From assembly GCA_963803145.1 (NCBI GenBank), contig CAWDLW010000048.1, positions 1 to 19,106 on the forward strand: a DNA stretch of 19,106 bases, in the 5' to 3' direction. How positions within the stretch are numbered: position 1 is the stretch's first letter; each line of letters begins with the position of its first letter. The stretch is from Methanotrichaceae archaeon. GTDB lineage: Archaea > Halobacteriota > Methanosarcinia > Methanotrichales > Methanotrichaceae. Made by a program: the position numbers and the translations under genes. The notes under the pieces were generated by a model that worked only from the letters and a program-made list of their open reading frames with translations, was not told where the DNA came from and did no database searches. This document shows positions 7,631 through 16,295 of the stretch, piece after piece.

Positions 7631-10600
7631 TTACTTTCCGAACGCTGCTCCTACCAGACTTCTGCCCTTATCCCTCCTATAACTTGCCGTGATCTCCCTC
7701 ACCATCACCATAAACTGCTCCTGGCTGTAGTTTAGCTGGCTCGCAAACCGCTCGACAATGGGCTCGACATTCTTGACGTCCTCACTGCTTATGCTCATGA
7801 GGATTATGTTCGCAAGTGCCATTAACTTCAGACCCTCATGCATGAGGGTTTTCTGAATTGCCACGGCACCCAACTGGAAGAATGCCCCTGCCTCACCACG
7901 CTTATCATTCAAATCCTGATAGATCTCAAGTGCTCCCATGAAATTTTCCTTGGAGCTGTCCAGATCTCCTTTCTGAACATCTATCGATCCCAGATTGTGA
8001 AGAATCATGGCCTCGCTCGATCTGTCACCCAGCGTGTGCTTCAACGATAATGCCTTCTGGAACTCCTCCTGTGCCAGATCATAATCGCCCTTATCCATAT
8101 CGATTGAGCCGAGGTTATACAGCATTGATGCCATGCCTCTGGTATCTTCTATATTTTCCAGCAGCGTTAATGAATCTGCCAATTTTCCGCGTGCTGATGC
8201 ATAATCTCCCTGGCGCAGATCGAGCATTGCAATATCCGCAAGCGTCGCAGCCTCGCCGCCGAGATCTCCCAGCCTCTTCTGAATCTCCAACACCTCGCTT
8301 AACTTCTCGCGTGCTTCAGCGTTTTTATTCTGCTGCATATCTATGGCCGCCAGGCTGTGTAGAGCTGCAGCCTCATTTAAGGGATCGCTCGATATGCGGC
8401 ACATATTTGCAGCCTTCTGTAAGCCCTCGCGTGCAAGGTCGTACTTCCCCTGGCGGAAATAGGCTGCTCCGAGACCTTGACATGCGGACGCATCAGGACC
8501 AAGGTCCAGGGCACGTAAATACCACTCCTGCGCCTCAACATAACGCTGCTGATCTAGATAGCTCCTGGCGATCCATATCATTGGTTCAGCGCGCTTCTCA
8601 CTCTCCAGAAGCTCCTCATTCAGCCTTATTATCTCATTGTAGTAGCCGCGTCTCTCAAGGTAGCCGCTTATTTGATCAATGATGGAAAGGGCCTGCTCCT
8701 GCTCTCCGGCATCGACCAGATGGCCTTGTGCCTCCATCAGGCAGTCGAGGCGCGAAATCCCAAGCTCAGCCGCATGTCCGGCTTCTGCGAAATCCCTCAG
8801 GAAAATTCCAGCCTCCCTATGTGCAGCCCTGATCTGTTCGGGACTCAGGCAGGCTACGAGCCAGCTGCGGATGTGAGACGGAATCGCCCAAAGGTCCCCA
8901 ACTGGATAAGCAAGAGACAGGTCATGCCATTCCCTTGCCATGCCCACGACCTTGTACTCGAGCTCTCCAGTCACCGCCTCGAGGCCAATTGATTTCATTG
9001 CGATCTCATAGATGGCTGCTCTGCTAAGAGCCAGGCATGAGTCCGTTGTAAGGCCATTGTAAAGGCCAGCAGTAAACTCATCGCAGAGATTTGCGTTTTT
9101 TACTTTGGCCTTACTCAGAGCCTTACGCATCTGGGCAATACATAGAGGCATGCCTGCCGAAGATGCATAAAGCCCTTGAAGCCCTGAATAGTCGAATTCA
9201 TTTCTGCTATACTGCTCTGCAATCATGCTATCCTTCAGCAGAAGCTTGATGAACGCAGCCTCAGGCAAACCTCCAAGCTGCCACTCCCAGGCCCTTCTGG
9301 GCATAGTCATGGCATCCACCGACAAAGCGTTGCTGGTGATAATTACCCGGCTGCCCTCGCTATACCTGAGCAGATATGAGTAGAGCCCCGCAAGATCCCT
9401 GTTCTCAATCTTACCTGTTTCCTTGTTAAGCTCCAAATTATCAAGCAAAATTAGAAACCTGCCTTTATTGAGGGCATTGAGCGTATTCTCCATTTTTTGG
9501 TTTAGAGGCATTGGACTCCGCAATCTACCGGCATCATCAGCAAAGCCAGCGCTATCCAGAGCGCTGATACATGCCTCAAAAACCCGAGTGGCACTTATGG
9601 GGTTATGCCTGGAGCCATATACTGGTATCAGCTTGTAGCCCTCGCTCGTAAGCCTTTGTGCAACGCTCGTCGCAAGAGCGCTTTTCCCGGCTCCCTTTGG
9701 TCCTGTAATCACAACTGCTCTTGCGCTTCCCTCACGCATCGCTGGGATAAGGCGCTCTAGATCGCGTCTTCTATTGACGAAATCCTCCGTATAGCCATCC
9801 GTCAAACCGGGCGGAGGCGTCTGTTCATTAGATTCATGAATTGCGATCGCTTTTTTCTCGCTGAAAAGCATAGCCTGATCTGTGGCTGCATAAAGTACAG
9901 GCGTGGCATAGATATCGCCTTCTATGCCATGTATTTTGCTAACATCCTGGCGTGCTTGAGCAATTGCAGTATCGATAATCTTTCCGGCAGATAAAGGACT
10001 ATATAGTGCTCTTGAAATGTCCGCTGGTGCATTCCAGCTCGTTGCCAGAGGCATATATCCAATAATCCCTTGACAAAGGAGGTCCAGGGGAAAAGGTGTT
10101 CCTATCTGGCAGCCCCCAAAGATTATACACTTTACCCCAGCCTTAGCTAAGGCAGTGCCTATATCCGAGGAAGATCTCTGATCGGGTTTGCCCTCGTTCT
10201 GGAAGGAAAATAATCCCTGCCCAGCCTTCTCCTTTGCCTGGCCTACAAGGTGAACCAGGTGGGGCATGAACTTGCCTGCGCGTCTCAGAAGCTCATCAAA
10301 GCTGCCAGTATCGCATATCTCAAAGGATATCTCCAGGCCCTCCATTGCCCTAAGAAATGCGCTCTCCTCTTGCTCATAATCCAGAGGCTCACATGCCATG
10401 AATAGAACTCGCAGGGGTCCTGGAGGAACATCCCTCGTTTGCCCGGTAAAGCCTGTTATGTCTGAGACATTTGGCAGGCGGCGTATGCTGAAGCTATCAT
10501 CGAACCCTAATATCCTTCCATCCGGCAATCGAAGCAGCTCCCATGGCAGAAATAGCGCCTCTGGAACCTTTGATGCTACGACCAGTGAGGCACCTTGATC

Positions 10601-10873
10601 GATCCTGGATTTTATCTGCCCCCATGCATCCTCGAAGAAAAGATGGAACAGCCCATTTCCAAGGATCTCAAAGTAATCTTTCGCCCCAACAACCTTGCAG
10701 CCCTTCTCGAAGAGGGAAGCATATTGTTCCGATATCTCCCTAACTTGCTGAGACTCAATTGGGGAAAGGCCCCTTGATATGATGGTCTGGCCATCGATTA
10801 TTATGCTGAAATTAAGGATATGCGCGGCAGCAGTGCCTGCCTCAACAATTGAGATTACAACATTTGGTTTCAT
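7631..10873 (-). CDS. CHAT (caspase-like) domain + STAND-type P-loop NTPase + TPR repeat protein
   Basis: CHAT motifs LPWELL, PLRVLF, HLVHLVGQA and IFGGCQ. Walker A GPKGAGKS (9680-9703), Walker B LILLDNLE, sensor SRVIITS. Multiple C-terminal TPRs (EAAALHSLA, ASMLYNLG, EAMILHNLG). GGAGG precedes ATG 10873. Confidence 0.88.
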   Translation of the reverse strand: MKPNVVISIVEAGTAAAHILNFSIIIDGQTIISRGLSPIESQQVREISEQYASLFEKGCKVVGAKDYFEILGNGLFHLFFEDAWGQIKSRIDQGASLVVASKVPEALFLPWELLRLPDGRILGFDDSFSIRRLPNVSDITGFTGQTRDVPPGPLRVLFMACEPLDYEQEESAFLRAMEGLEISFEICDTGSFDELLRRAGKFMPHLVHLVGQAKEKAGQGLFSFQNEGKPDQRSSSDIGTALAKAGVKCIIFGGCQIGTPFPLDLLCQGIIGYMPLATSWNAPADISRALYSPLSAGKIIDTAIAQARQDVSKIHGIEGDIYATPVLYAATDQAMLFSEKKAIAIHESNEQTPPPGLTDGYTEDFVNRRRDLERLIPAMREGSARAVVITGPKGAGKSALATSVAQRLTSEGYKLIPVYGSRHNPISATRVFEACISALDSAGFADDAGRLRSPMPLNQKMENTLNALNKGRFLILLDNLELNKETGKIENRDLAGLYSYLLRYSEGSRVIITSNALSVDAMTMPRRAWEWQLGGLPEAAFIKLLLKDSMIAEQYSRNEFDYSGLQGLYASSAGMPLCIAQMRKALSKAKVKNANLCDEFTAGLYNGLTTDSCLALSRAAIYEIAMKSIGLEAVTGELEYKVVGMAREWHDLSLAYPVGDLWAIPSHIRSWLVACLSPEQIRAAHREAGIFLRDFAEAGHAAELGISRLDCLMEAQGHLVDAGEQEQALSIIDQISGYLERRGYYNEIIRLNEELLESEKRAEPMIWIARSYLDQQRYVEAQEWYLRALDLGPDASACQGLGAAYFRQGKYDLAREGLQKAANMCRISSDPLNEAAALHSLAAIDMQQNKNAEAREKLSEVLEIQKRLGDLGGEAATLADIAMLDLRQGDYASARGKLADSLTLLENIEDTRGMASMLYNLGSIDMDKGDYDLAQEEFQKALSLKHTLGDRSSEAMILHNLGSIDVQKGDLDSSKENFMGALEIYQDLNDKRGEAGAFFQLGAVAIQKTLMHEGLKLMALANIILMSISSEDVKNVEPIVERFASQLNYSQEQFMVMVREITASYRRDKGRSLVGAAFGK

Positions 10874-10891
10874 GCGATCCTCCAAAATAGG

Positions 10892-11803
10892 TCACGCATC
10901 ATTTTCCTTTCCTCGTTCATCTTCGCTTCGTAGTTCACAGAACTCCTTCGGCTCCACATGTACGACGACATCTTTAACCCCAACAATTGTCTCTTTAATC
11001 TTGTTTTCAACCTCCATTCCGACCTTATGGGCCCCATCTATGGATAGAGAGGAGTCCACTCCTATATGGAGGTCTACAAATATCTCTCCAGGAGTCCCAT
11101 GTGTTCTGACCCTATGACAGCTGCAGACCCCCTCAACAGATTCTGCAATCTTTCTTATCACACTCTCCTCGATCAGAGCTTTATCCAGCAGCACACCTGA
11201 ACTGTCTTTCATTATTTCTAACCCAGTCAGGACAATCAGGCCGGTTACAATCAGGGCGATTATTGGATCTGCCAGGGGATAGCCCATTTTTACGGCAAAG
11301 AATCCTATTATCACACCTATGGATGCATAGACATCACTTCGAGTATGCATCGAGTCTGCAACTAATATGCTGCTCTTGAGCCTTCTTCCGATTATGTACT
11401 CATAGGCGGATACACCTATGTTGACAGCTAACGTTATTCCCATTATTACAAAGCTCAGTACAGTTATCTCAGGCACAGATGGATTCAGAAACCTGTTTAT
11501 GGTCGCATCGAGGATTTGAAAACATGCGGCAAAGAGGAGCACGGCGATGCCGATGGAGGCAAAGGTTTCGAACTTCGAATGGCCATAAGGGTGCTCTTTA
11601 TCAGGCGGCTTGGATGCCTGAGCTATGCCGATTATGCCTACTATATTTGAAGTGCTGTCGAACAGGGAGTGCAGGCCGTCTGCGGTCATGCTGAGTGAGT
11701 TGGTGAGAATACCGTAGACGCCTTTGGCCAGGGCAACAGCGATGTTTATTATGAAGATTATTATGAGGATGCGCCTGACTGTAAAATAATACGCATTGGC
11801 CAT
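10892..11803 (-). CDS. Cation diffusion facilitator (CDF) family transporter, FieF/MamB-like
   Basis: ADGLHSLFD, PPDKEHPYGHSKFE, ADSMHTRSD and a C-terminal VVVHVEP dimerization domain. Start placed at ATG 11803 to avoid overlapping divergent yjbQ. Confidence 0.93.
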   Translation of the reverse strand: MANAYYFTVRRILIIIFIINIAVALAKGVYGILTNSLSMTADGLHSLFDSTSNIVGIIGIAQASKPPDKEHPYGHSKFETFASIGIAVLLFAACFQILDATINRFLNPSVPEITVLSFVIMGITLAVNIGVSAYEYIIGRRLKSSILVADSMHTRSDVYASIGVIIGFFAVKMGYPLADPIIALIVTGLIVLTGLEIMKDSSGVLLDKALIEESVIRKIAESVEGVCSCHRVRTHGTPGEIFVDLHIGVDSSLSIDGAHKVGMEVENKIKETIVGVKDVVVHVEPKEFCELRSEDERGKENDA

Positions 11804-11862
11804 TGGAAATAGATATACCCGTGTAAGCAATAAATAATTTTTTGATGGTGAAAGGCGATTGC

Positions 11863-12276
11863 ATGATTTTGACCAGCTATATAGAGTTTGAAACACGTGT
11901 TGGAGATGTTACTGATTTAACCGATAGAATATCTTCGGCTGTCCAGGAGTCTGACCTGCATTCGGGAATTGCGACTGTATTTGTGCCCGGAGCAACTGGA
12001 GCCGTGACCACGATAGAATATGAGCCCGGCCTGATTGAGGATATAAGAAATGCAACAGAGAGGCTGGCTCCTGAATGCATCGATTATGCCCACGATCTGA
12101 GATGGCATGATGGAAATGGCCATTCTCATATTCGAGCCTCGATAATAGGCCCAAGCCTGACTGTGCCATTCCATCAGAGCAGGCTAATGCTTGGAACGTG
12201 GCAGCAGATCGTATTTCTGGAGATGGATAACAGGCCGAGGCAACGCAAGGTCGTGGTGCAGATCATGGGCGAATAA
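11863..12276 (+). CDS. yjbQ: YjbQ/UPF0047 family secondary thiamine-phosphate synthase-like protein
   Basis: FVPGATGAVTTIEYEPGL, HDGNGHSHIRASIIGPS and LGTWQQIVFLEMD motifs. Start is ATG 11863 or 11845. Confidence 0.9.
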   Translation: MILTSYIEFETRVGDVTDLTDRISSAVQESDLHSGIATVFVPGATGAVTTIEYEPGLIEDIRNATERLAPECIDYAHDLRWHDGNGHSHIRASIIGPSLTVPFHQSRLMLGTWQQIVFLEMDNRPRQRKVVVQIMGE

Positions 12277-12316
12277 TTAAGATGAGAACTTTACGCTGGG
12301 AGTTTTGTGCCATCCT

Positions 12317-12904
12317 TTAAGACACAAGGAACTCTGCCGGCAGATTCATGCCAACTAAATCGCTTCTCAATATCACCTTGTGGTTTCCGGTCGCATCCAG
12401 AAGCGTAATATTATCCAGGAGCCAGGCGCCGTTCTCGCTTTCCTTTGGGAGGATTATACTGGTTGCATAGATCCCATCTTTAGAGGTACCTGATATCCGA
12501 CATCCGGGTGTGAATGCGACTGAGGCCGTCTGTGCCCCTGAAGGGCTGCTGAAGAATGCTTTGGCACTCCCCAGGCCGCTCTCATCATCGATGATATGAG
12601 CTGTAAGGTTTATGGATCGAGAGGACCCTGCAAGCACCTTTGGTTCAAACCCAAAGCCTGCTAAATCGGGAGGCTGGCTGTCGGCAAGAGCATTACTTCC
12701 CATGCCTAGTGGATCTTTTTGGGCTTCGGCGCTTCCTTCAGCATTCCCGAAACATGCACTGCTGCTTCCGAGCTTGATGGTTTTCTCTATAGAGAATACG
12801 CCGACCATATCATCAACACTGCTGCCACTTGCTGATGCATGGCCGATGATAGCAGTAATCAGAAGCAATGCAAGCAATAGAGCGCGATAACTCAAACCAA
12901 CCAC
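12317..12904 (-). CDS. Secreted hypothetical protein with a C-terminal beta-sandwich (Ig-like) domain
   Basis: Signal peptide ending ASA. C-terminal pattern LTAHIIDDESG...SPSG...GTSKDGIY...GAW...LLDATGN is typical of surface-protein Ig-like modules. Confidence 0.7.
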   Translation of the reverse strand: MVGLSYRALLLALLLITAIIGHASASGSSVDDMVGVFSIEKTIKLGSSSACFGNAEGSAEAQKDPLGMGSNALADSQPPDLAGFGFEPKVLAGSSRSINLTAHIIDDESGLGSAKAFFSSPSGAQTASVAFTPGCRISGTSKDGIYATSIILPKESENGAWLLDNITLLDATGNHKVILRSDLVGMNLPAEFLVS

Positions 12905-12943
12905 AAAGTTGGAGATAGGTGCAGGAAGGATAAAGCTTTTCGT

Positions 12944-12966
12944 CTATGCTATTCTTATTAGCATAG
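12944..12966. promoter_or_regulatory. Inverted-repeat operator candidate next to the BRE/TATA-like element of the 12904 gene
   Basis: CTATGCTA-N7-TAGCATAG; minus-strand AAAAGCTTTATCC at 12928-12940. Confidence 0.4.
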
Positions 12967-13098
12967 CTTGTCCTTATATCAGATCTTACCAGCTCAATTC
13001 AAATAGGCAGAAGGCCGACGGCAGAAGTACATATGTACCCCTGCCATTTCAGCCTCTTTTTCGATTTAGCTGTGGCTAACCTTCTCACCTTTAAGCGA

Positions 13099-13356
13099 TT
13101 ACAACTTTAGGTTTTCGTCTCCCGATAAAGTCTTGCTCCCGCCGGGTTCCGGACCAGATACCACAGATGATGTGGCTCGTCCAGCCGACGTAATCCCGTG
13201 ACGTCTTTCGGCTGAGCGTAGTCTAAGTGCAGCAGCTATAGCTATGATCCCGCCAACTATGCCAATGGCACCGAGGATATATGAAAATGCAACAATTGGA
13301 GCAATTGGGTTAGTGATGATTATCAGGCCGAAGAGGAGTCCTATTATCAAGGCCAC
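13099..13356 (-). pseudogene. 3' fragment of an HdeD/DUF308-like membrane protein
   Basis: IIGLLFGLIIITNP...YILGAIGIVGGIIAIAAALRLR resembles the last DUF308 hairpin; no intact N-terminal half upstream. Confidence 0.45.
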
Positions 13357-13553
13357 TCTTGCCTAAAATCACAGTCCTCGATTGCCCAACTGATACAGCT
13401 GATCGGGGCCAGATTATTGCTTTCATGAGTTCAAAGAACATTAAAGGAATCGTGGTGTCATCCCTTATTAGCTCGGCTATAACGCCTAGCCTAATGCCTA
13501 TTGGAAAACTGAGCTTGCAAGTCAGACAGGGAACAGAAGATTTTTCTGAAATT

Positions 13554-13976
13554 TTAGAAAAGTGGTCCATTTGGAGTATTAATTATCGCAATTGGCCTGC
13601 CTGTGAGCTGAGCCTGAAGCCAAGCATCTTCAGATATTGATGGTTGGAAGCTTGGCGTGAAATAATTACTGTCGGCCGTAGCAGTACTATTACTATTTAT
13701 GATGATAGGAGTGCTGTTAGCCGGTGAGCCGGGATAGTATAATTGAGTTCCATAGCCCGGCGGGATTACTTTGCCATCAGAGAGTGCATAGCCCTTGGGA
13801 GCATTTCCCCAATTCCAGAGGCCATATTTGGTCTCGGTAGCAGAAGGAAACTGCGTTCCGTGCTGCTCTAGCCATGACATTCCGAAGTCTCCGCCAACGT
13901 CCTGCCCGCCGTGGGCAGTCGCTAAGATCATGATACACAAGGCTATCCAGGTACCCATAACCAATGAAGTCTTCAT
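13554..13976 (-). CDS. Secreted hypothetical protein (Methanothrix-type family)
   Basis: Signal peptide; GGDFGMSWL, LWNWGNAPKGY and EDAWLQAQLTGRP motifs; Ser/Thr/Asn-rich linker. Confidence 0.75.
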   Translation of the reverse strand: MKTSLVMGTWIALCIMILATAHGGQDVGGDFGMSWLEQHGTQFPSATETKYGLWNWGNAPKGYALSDGKVIPPGYGTQLYYPGSPANSTPIIINSNSTATADSNYFTPSFQPSISEDAWLQAQLTGRPIAIINTPNGPLF

Positions 13977-14038
13977 TTACGATCTCTAATAGTAATTACA
14001 TCTGTTTCCATAAAAAATGGTTAGTATGCTTAAATCAT

Positions 14039-14116
14039 CGGTATCTGCTACATAAGAAGCAGTTACATATAACAGATACCGTATAAGGTTACATATAATA
14101 ATAGATACCGTATAAG
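14039..14116. repeat. Tandem 26/29-bp duplication plus an inverted core copy in a divergent promoter region
   Basis: GTTACATATAACAGATACCGTATAAG (14062-14087), GTTACATATAATAATAGATACCGTATAAG (14088-14116) and inverted CGGTATCTG (14039-14047). Confidence 0.75.
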
Positions 14117-14121
14117 AAAAG

Positions 14122-14814
14122 ATGCGGCATATGAATATCAATATTAAAGCACTTATTGGACAAATAACAATACTGTTTCTGGTCTTTGCTCTGGCCCTCT
14201 TTCTCCCGAGCGACACTATAGACTGGCCAGCTGGTTGGATCTTTCTTGGTTTGTTTTTTGGCTTCGTTATCGCAATCAGTTTATGGCTGCTTAAGCACGA
14301 TCCTGGACTGCTCCAGGAGCGCATGACGGGATTTAAATCCGTTCAACGTGGATGGGATAAGGTATTCCTGCTCCTGATGAACATCCTCTTCTTTTCCTGG
14401 CTGATCCTGATGTCGTTAGATGCTTCAAGGTTTCAATGGTCACATATACCGATATGGCTTCAATTCATAGGAGCGATTATCCTGATCTGCTCATTTTATG
14501 TCTTCTACAGGACTTTTCGAGAAAACCCATATCTTTCACCGGTAGTACGGATACAGAGAGATCGGGGGCAGACAGTGGTGTCTACAGGGCCGTATCATTA
14601 TGTGCGTCATCCTATGTATTCAGCTTTTCTTCTTTTCGTGCTGGGAGCCGCCCTCTTGCTTGGTTCCTGGTATGGACTTCTTTTCGGGCTGATTCTGGTC
14701 GGTGGGGCGGCGAGACGAGCAGTGCTGGAGGAACGCACTTTACAAGAGGAGTTGAATGGCTATGATATTTATATGTCCCAGGTAAAATATCGCCTGATCC
14801 CATATATCTGGTAA
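14122..14814 (+). CDS. Isoprenylcysteine carboxyl methyltransferase (ICMT/STE14/PEMT) family membrane protein
   Basis: DPGLLQER, VVSTGPYHYVRHPMY, EERTL and YRLIPYIW motifs with multiple TM helices. Start may be 14131. Confidence 0.9.
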   Translation: MRHMNINIKALIGQITILFLVFALALFLPSDTIDWPAGWIFLGLFFGFVIAISLWLLKHDPGLLQERMTGFKSVQRGWDKVFLLLMNILFFSWLILMSLDASRFQWSHIPIWLQFIGAIILICSFYVFYRTFRENPYLSPVVRIQRDRGQTVVSTGPYHYVRHPMYSAFLLFVLGAALLLGSWYGLLFGLILVGGAARRAVLEERTLQEELNGYDIYMSQVKYRLIPYIW

Positions 14815-15091
14815 GACGAGGGTTTCATAGCTCCATACTTTGCTGGCTATAATCTTCCTTCAGCTATTGTTAAAGTACTCTAAAAACCATCATCTCCTTC
14901 AATTATCTAAACATAAAAACCTGTAGCATGAAGATTTTGGGGCTAGCGCAAAGAGAACGTTTATAACAATAACAACACTTATGACTATTAATAACACTTA
15001 TAATAGTGCTTATAATAACATGCATGAGCCCTTTATAGCTCTGATGAGGAGATCGTGCCTCAGCATAACATTTTCTATGAAATAGGATGAT

Positions 15092-15538
15092 TTATTTCAG
15101 TAGCTCATCTATCAAAAGCTCTCCCTCAGAGGTTATATAGATATCGATATCCTTCGGGACTGCCCTCTTCTTGAAGAGCTGTGGTGCTTTGAGCCTTAGC
15201 TGGGTTATTATATCCAGAGAGGTTACCGGCAGCTGTATGGATTTCTGATCTGCAGCTTTGAATATCCCATCAGGAATATCGAAGACATCTGTTCCGCTCG
15301 AAACCTTCAGTGAGATGGGCGCACGAATCATCATCCATTGCTCTAGCGTATGCTCTGCTTTTTGAATATTCTCATGAGCCCTCTTCTCAAGAATGCTGAT
15401 ATTCGAGCGCGTAGTTCCCAGTATATCTGCAATCTCCTGCTGTGATTGTCCATGGCTTCTGAGCTGAAGCACCTTGAGCTGTCTTTCTGTGAGAAAGGAT
15501 TCCTCATCCTCCGAAACATCATCGCTATTGGGCTTCAT
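15092..15538 (-). CDS. tfx: Tfx family DNA-binding protein
   Basis: Sigma70-region-4-like HTH (SFLTERQLKVLQLR..GQSQQEIADILGTTRSNISILEKRA) followed by a Tfx C-terminal GTDVFDIP..IFKAAD domain. ATG 15538 (alternative TTG 15556). Confidence 0.85.
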   Translation of the reverse strand: MKPNSDDVSEDEESFLTERQLKVLQLRSHGQSQQEIADILGTTRSNISILEKRAHENIQKAEHTLEQWMMIRAPISLKVSSGTDVFDIPDGIFKAADQKSIQLPVTSLDIITQLRLKAPQLFKKRAVPKDIDIYITSEGELLIDELLK

Positions 15539-15580
15539 ATCAGTTGGTTGATACAACTATTAGAAAATAAAAGCATCCTT

Positions 15581-16294
15581 TCACCAGGGCGCCGATGTTC
15601 CAGAATTCATCGACGAAAGCTCTTCCTTGCCGAGGATCTGATCAGGCCTGCCGATTCTCACAAGCCTGCCGTCAATGAGCATAGCCACGCGCCCAGCCAG
15701 GCGTCTGGATTGGAGCATATTGTGGGTTGCCATGATAACAGTTGCTCCCTGTCTGGGAAGCCCTGAGATTATATTCTCAATAGATAATGCAGTTTTAGGG
15801 TCAAGGTTGGCTGTTGGCTCATCCAGCAGCAGCAGCTCAGGCTCAGTCACGAGGGCTCTGGCTAGAGCAGTCCTTTGCATCTCGCCTCCTGAAAGGGTAG
15901 ATGCTTCTCTATTCTCGTAGCCCATCAATCCTACAGCATTGAGGGCATCCTGTGCTCGATCCGTTCTCTCTTTTCCTCGGATCTTAAGGCCGTACAATAC
16001 GTTCTCCAGCACACTGCCTTTGAACATGACAGGCTTCTGGAAGACCATTGCCATTCTTCTTCTCGCATTCAGCCTATCGTTTTCTCCCTCAATTGTCATG
16101 TCTTTGCCGTCGAAGATGGTGCTACCAGCACTGGGCGCTTCTAAGAGATCTATTATCCGAAGTAGTGTCGTCTTTCCTGAGCCTGTGGGACCTATCAACG
16201 CAACTATTTCTCCTTTCTCTACAGTCAGATCGATGCCCTTCAGAACCTCTGATTTTCCATAGCTCTTTCGTATCCCCTTCAGCTCCAGGAACAT
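15581..16294 (-). CDS. tupC: Tungstate ABC transporter ATP-binding subunit
   Basis: Walker A GPTGSGKT, signature LSGGE, LLLLDEPTANLD. ATG 16294 lies 1 nt after the tupB stop. Confidence 0.88.
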   Translation of the reverse strand: MFLELKGIRKSYGKSEVLKGIDLTVEKGEIVALIGPTGSGKTTLLRIIDLLEAPSAGSTIFDGKDMTIEGENDRLNARRRMAMVFQKPVMFKGSVLENVLYGLKIRGKERTDRAQDALNAVGLMGYENREASTLSGGEMQRTALARALVTEPELLLLDEPTANLDPKTALSIENIISGLPRQGATVIMATHNMLQSRRLAGRVAMLIDGRLVRIGRPDQILGKEELSSMNSGTSAPW

Positions 16295-16295
16295 T

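Noticed and set aside
7838-11117. Plus-strand ORFs (e.g. 8050-8682, 210 aa) opposite the CHAT-STAND-TPR gene
   Set aside because: Antisense shadows of a long coding gene, with atypical Pro/Arg/Ser-rich composition.
11804-11896. N-terminal extension of the CDF ORF overlapping yjbQ
   Set aside because: AT-rich promoter-like sequence. CDF-like sequence begins at ATG 11803, so there is no true overlap.
13310-13640. ORFs 13310-13570 (-) and 13359-13640 (+)
   Set aside because: They overlap better-supported genes and have no motifs.
14062-14116. Repeat pair as a mini CRISPR array
   Set aside because: The copies are directly adjacent with no spacer, there are only two units, and no cas genes are present.
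15041-15080. CTGATGA as a hammerhead ribozyme core or C/D box sRNA
   Set aside because: The following stem is not closed by GAAA, flanking stems are missing, and there is no suitably placed box D (CTGA) downstream.
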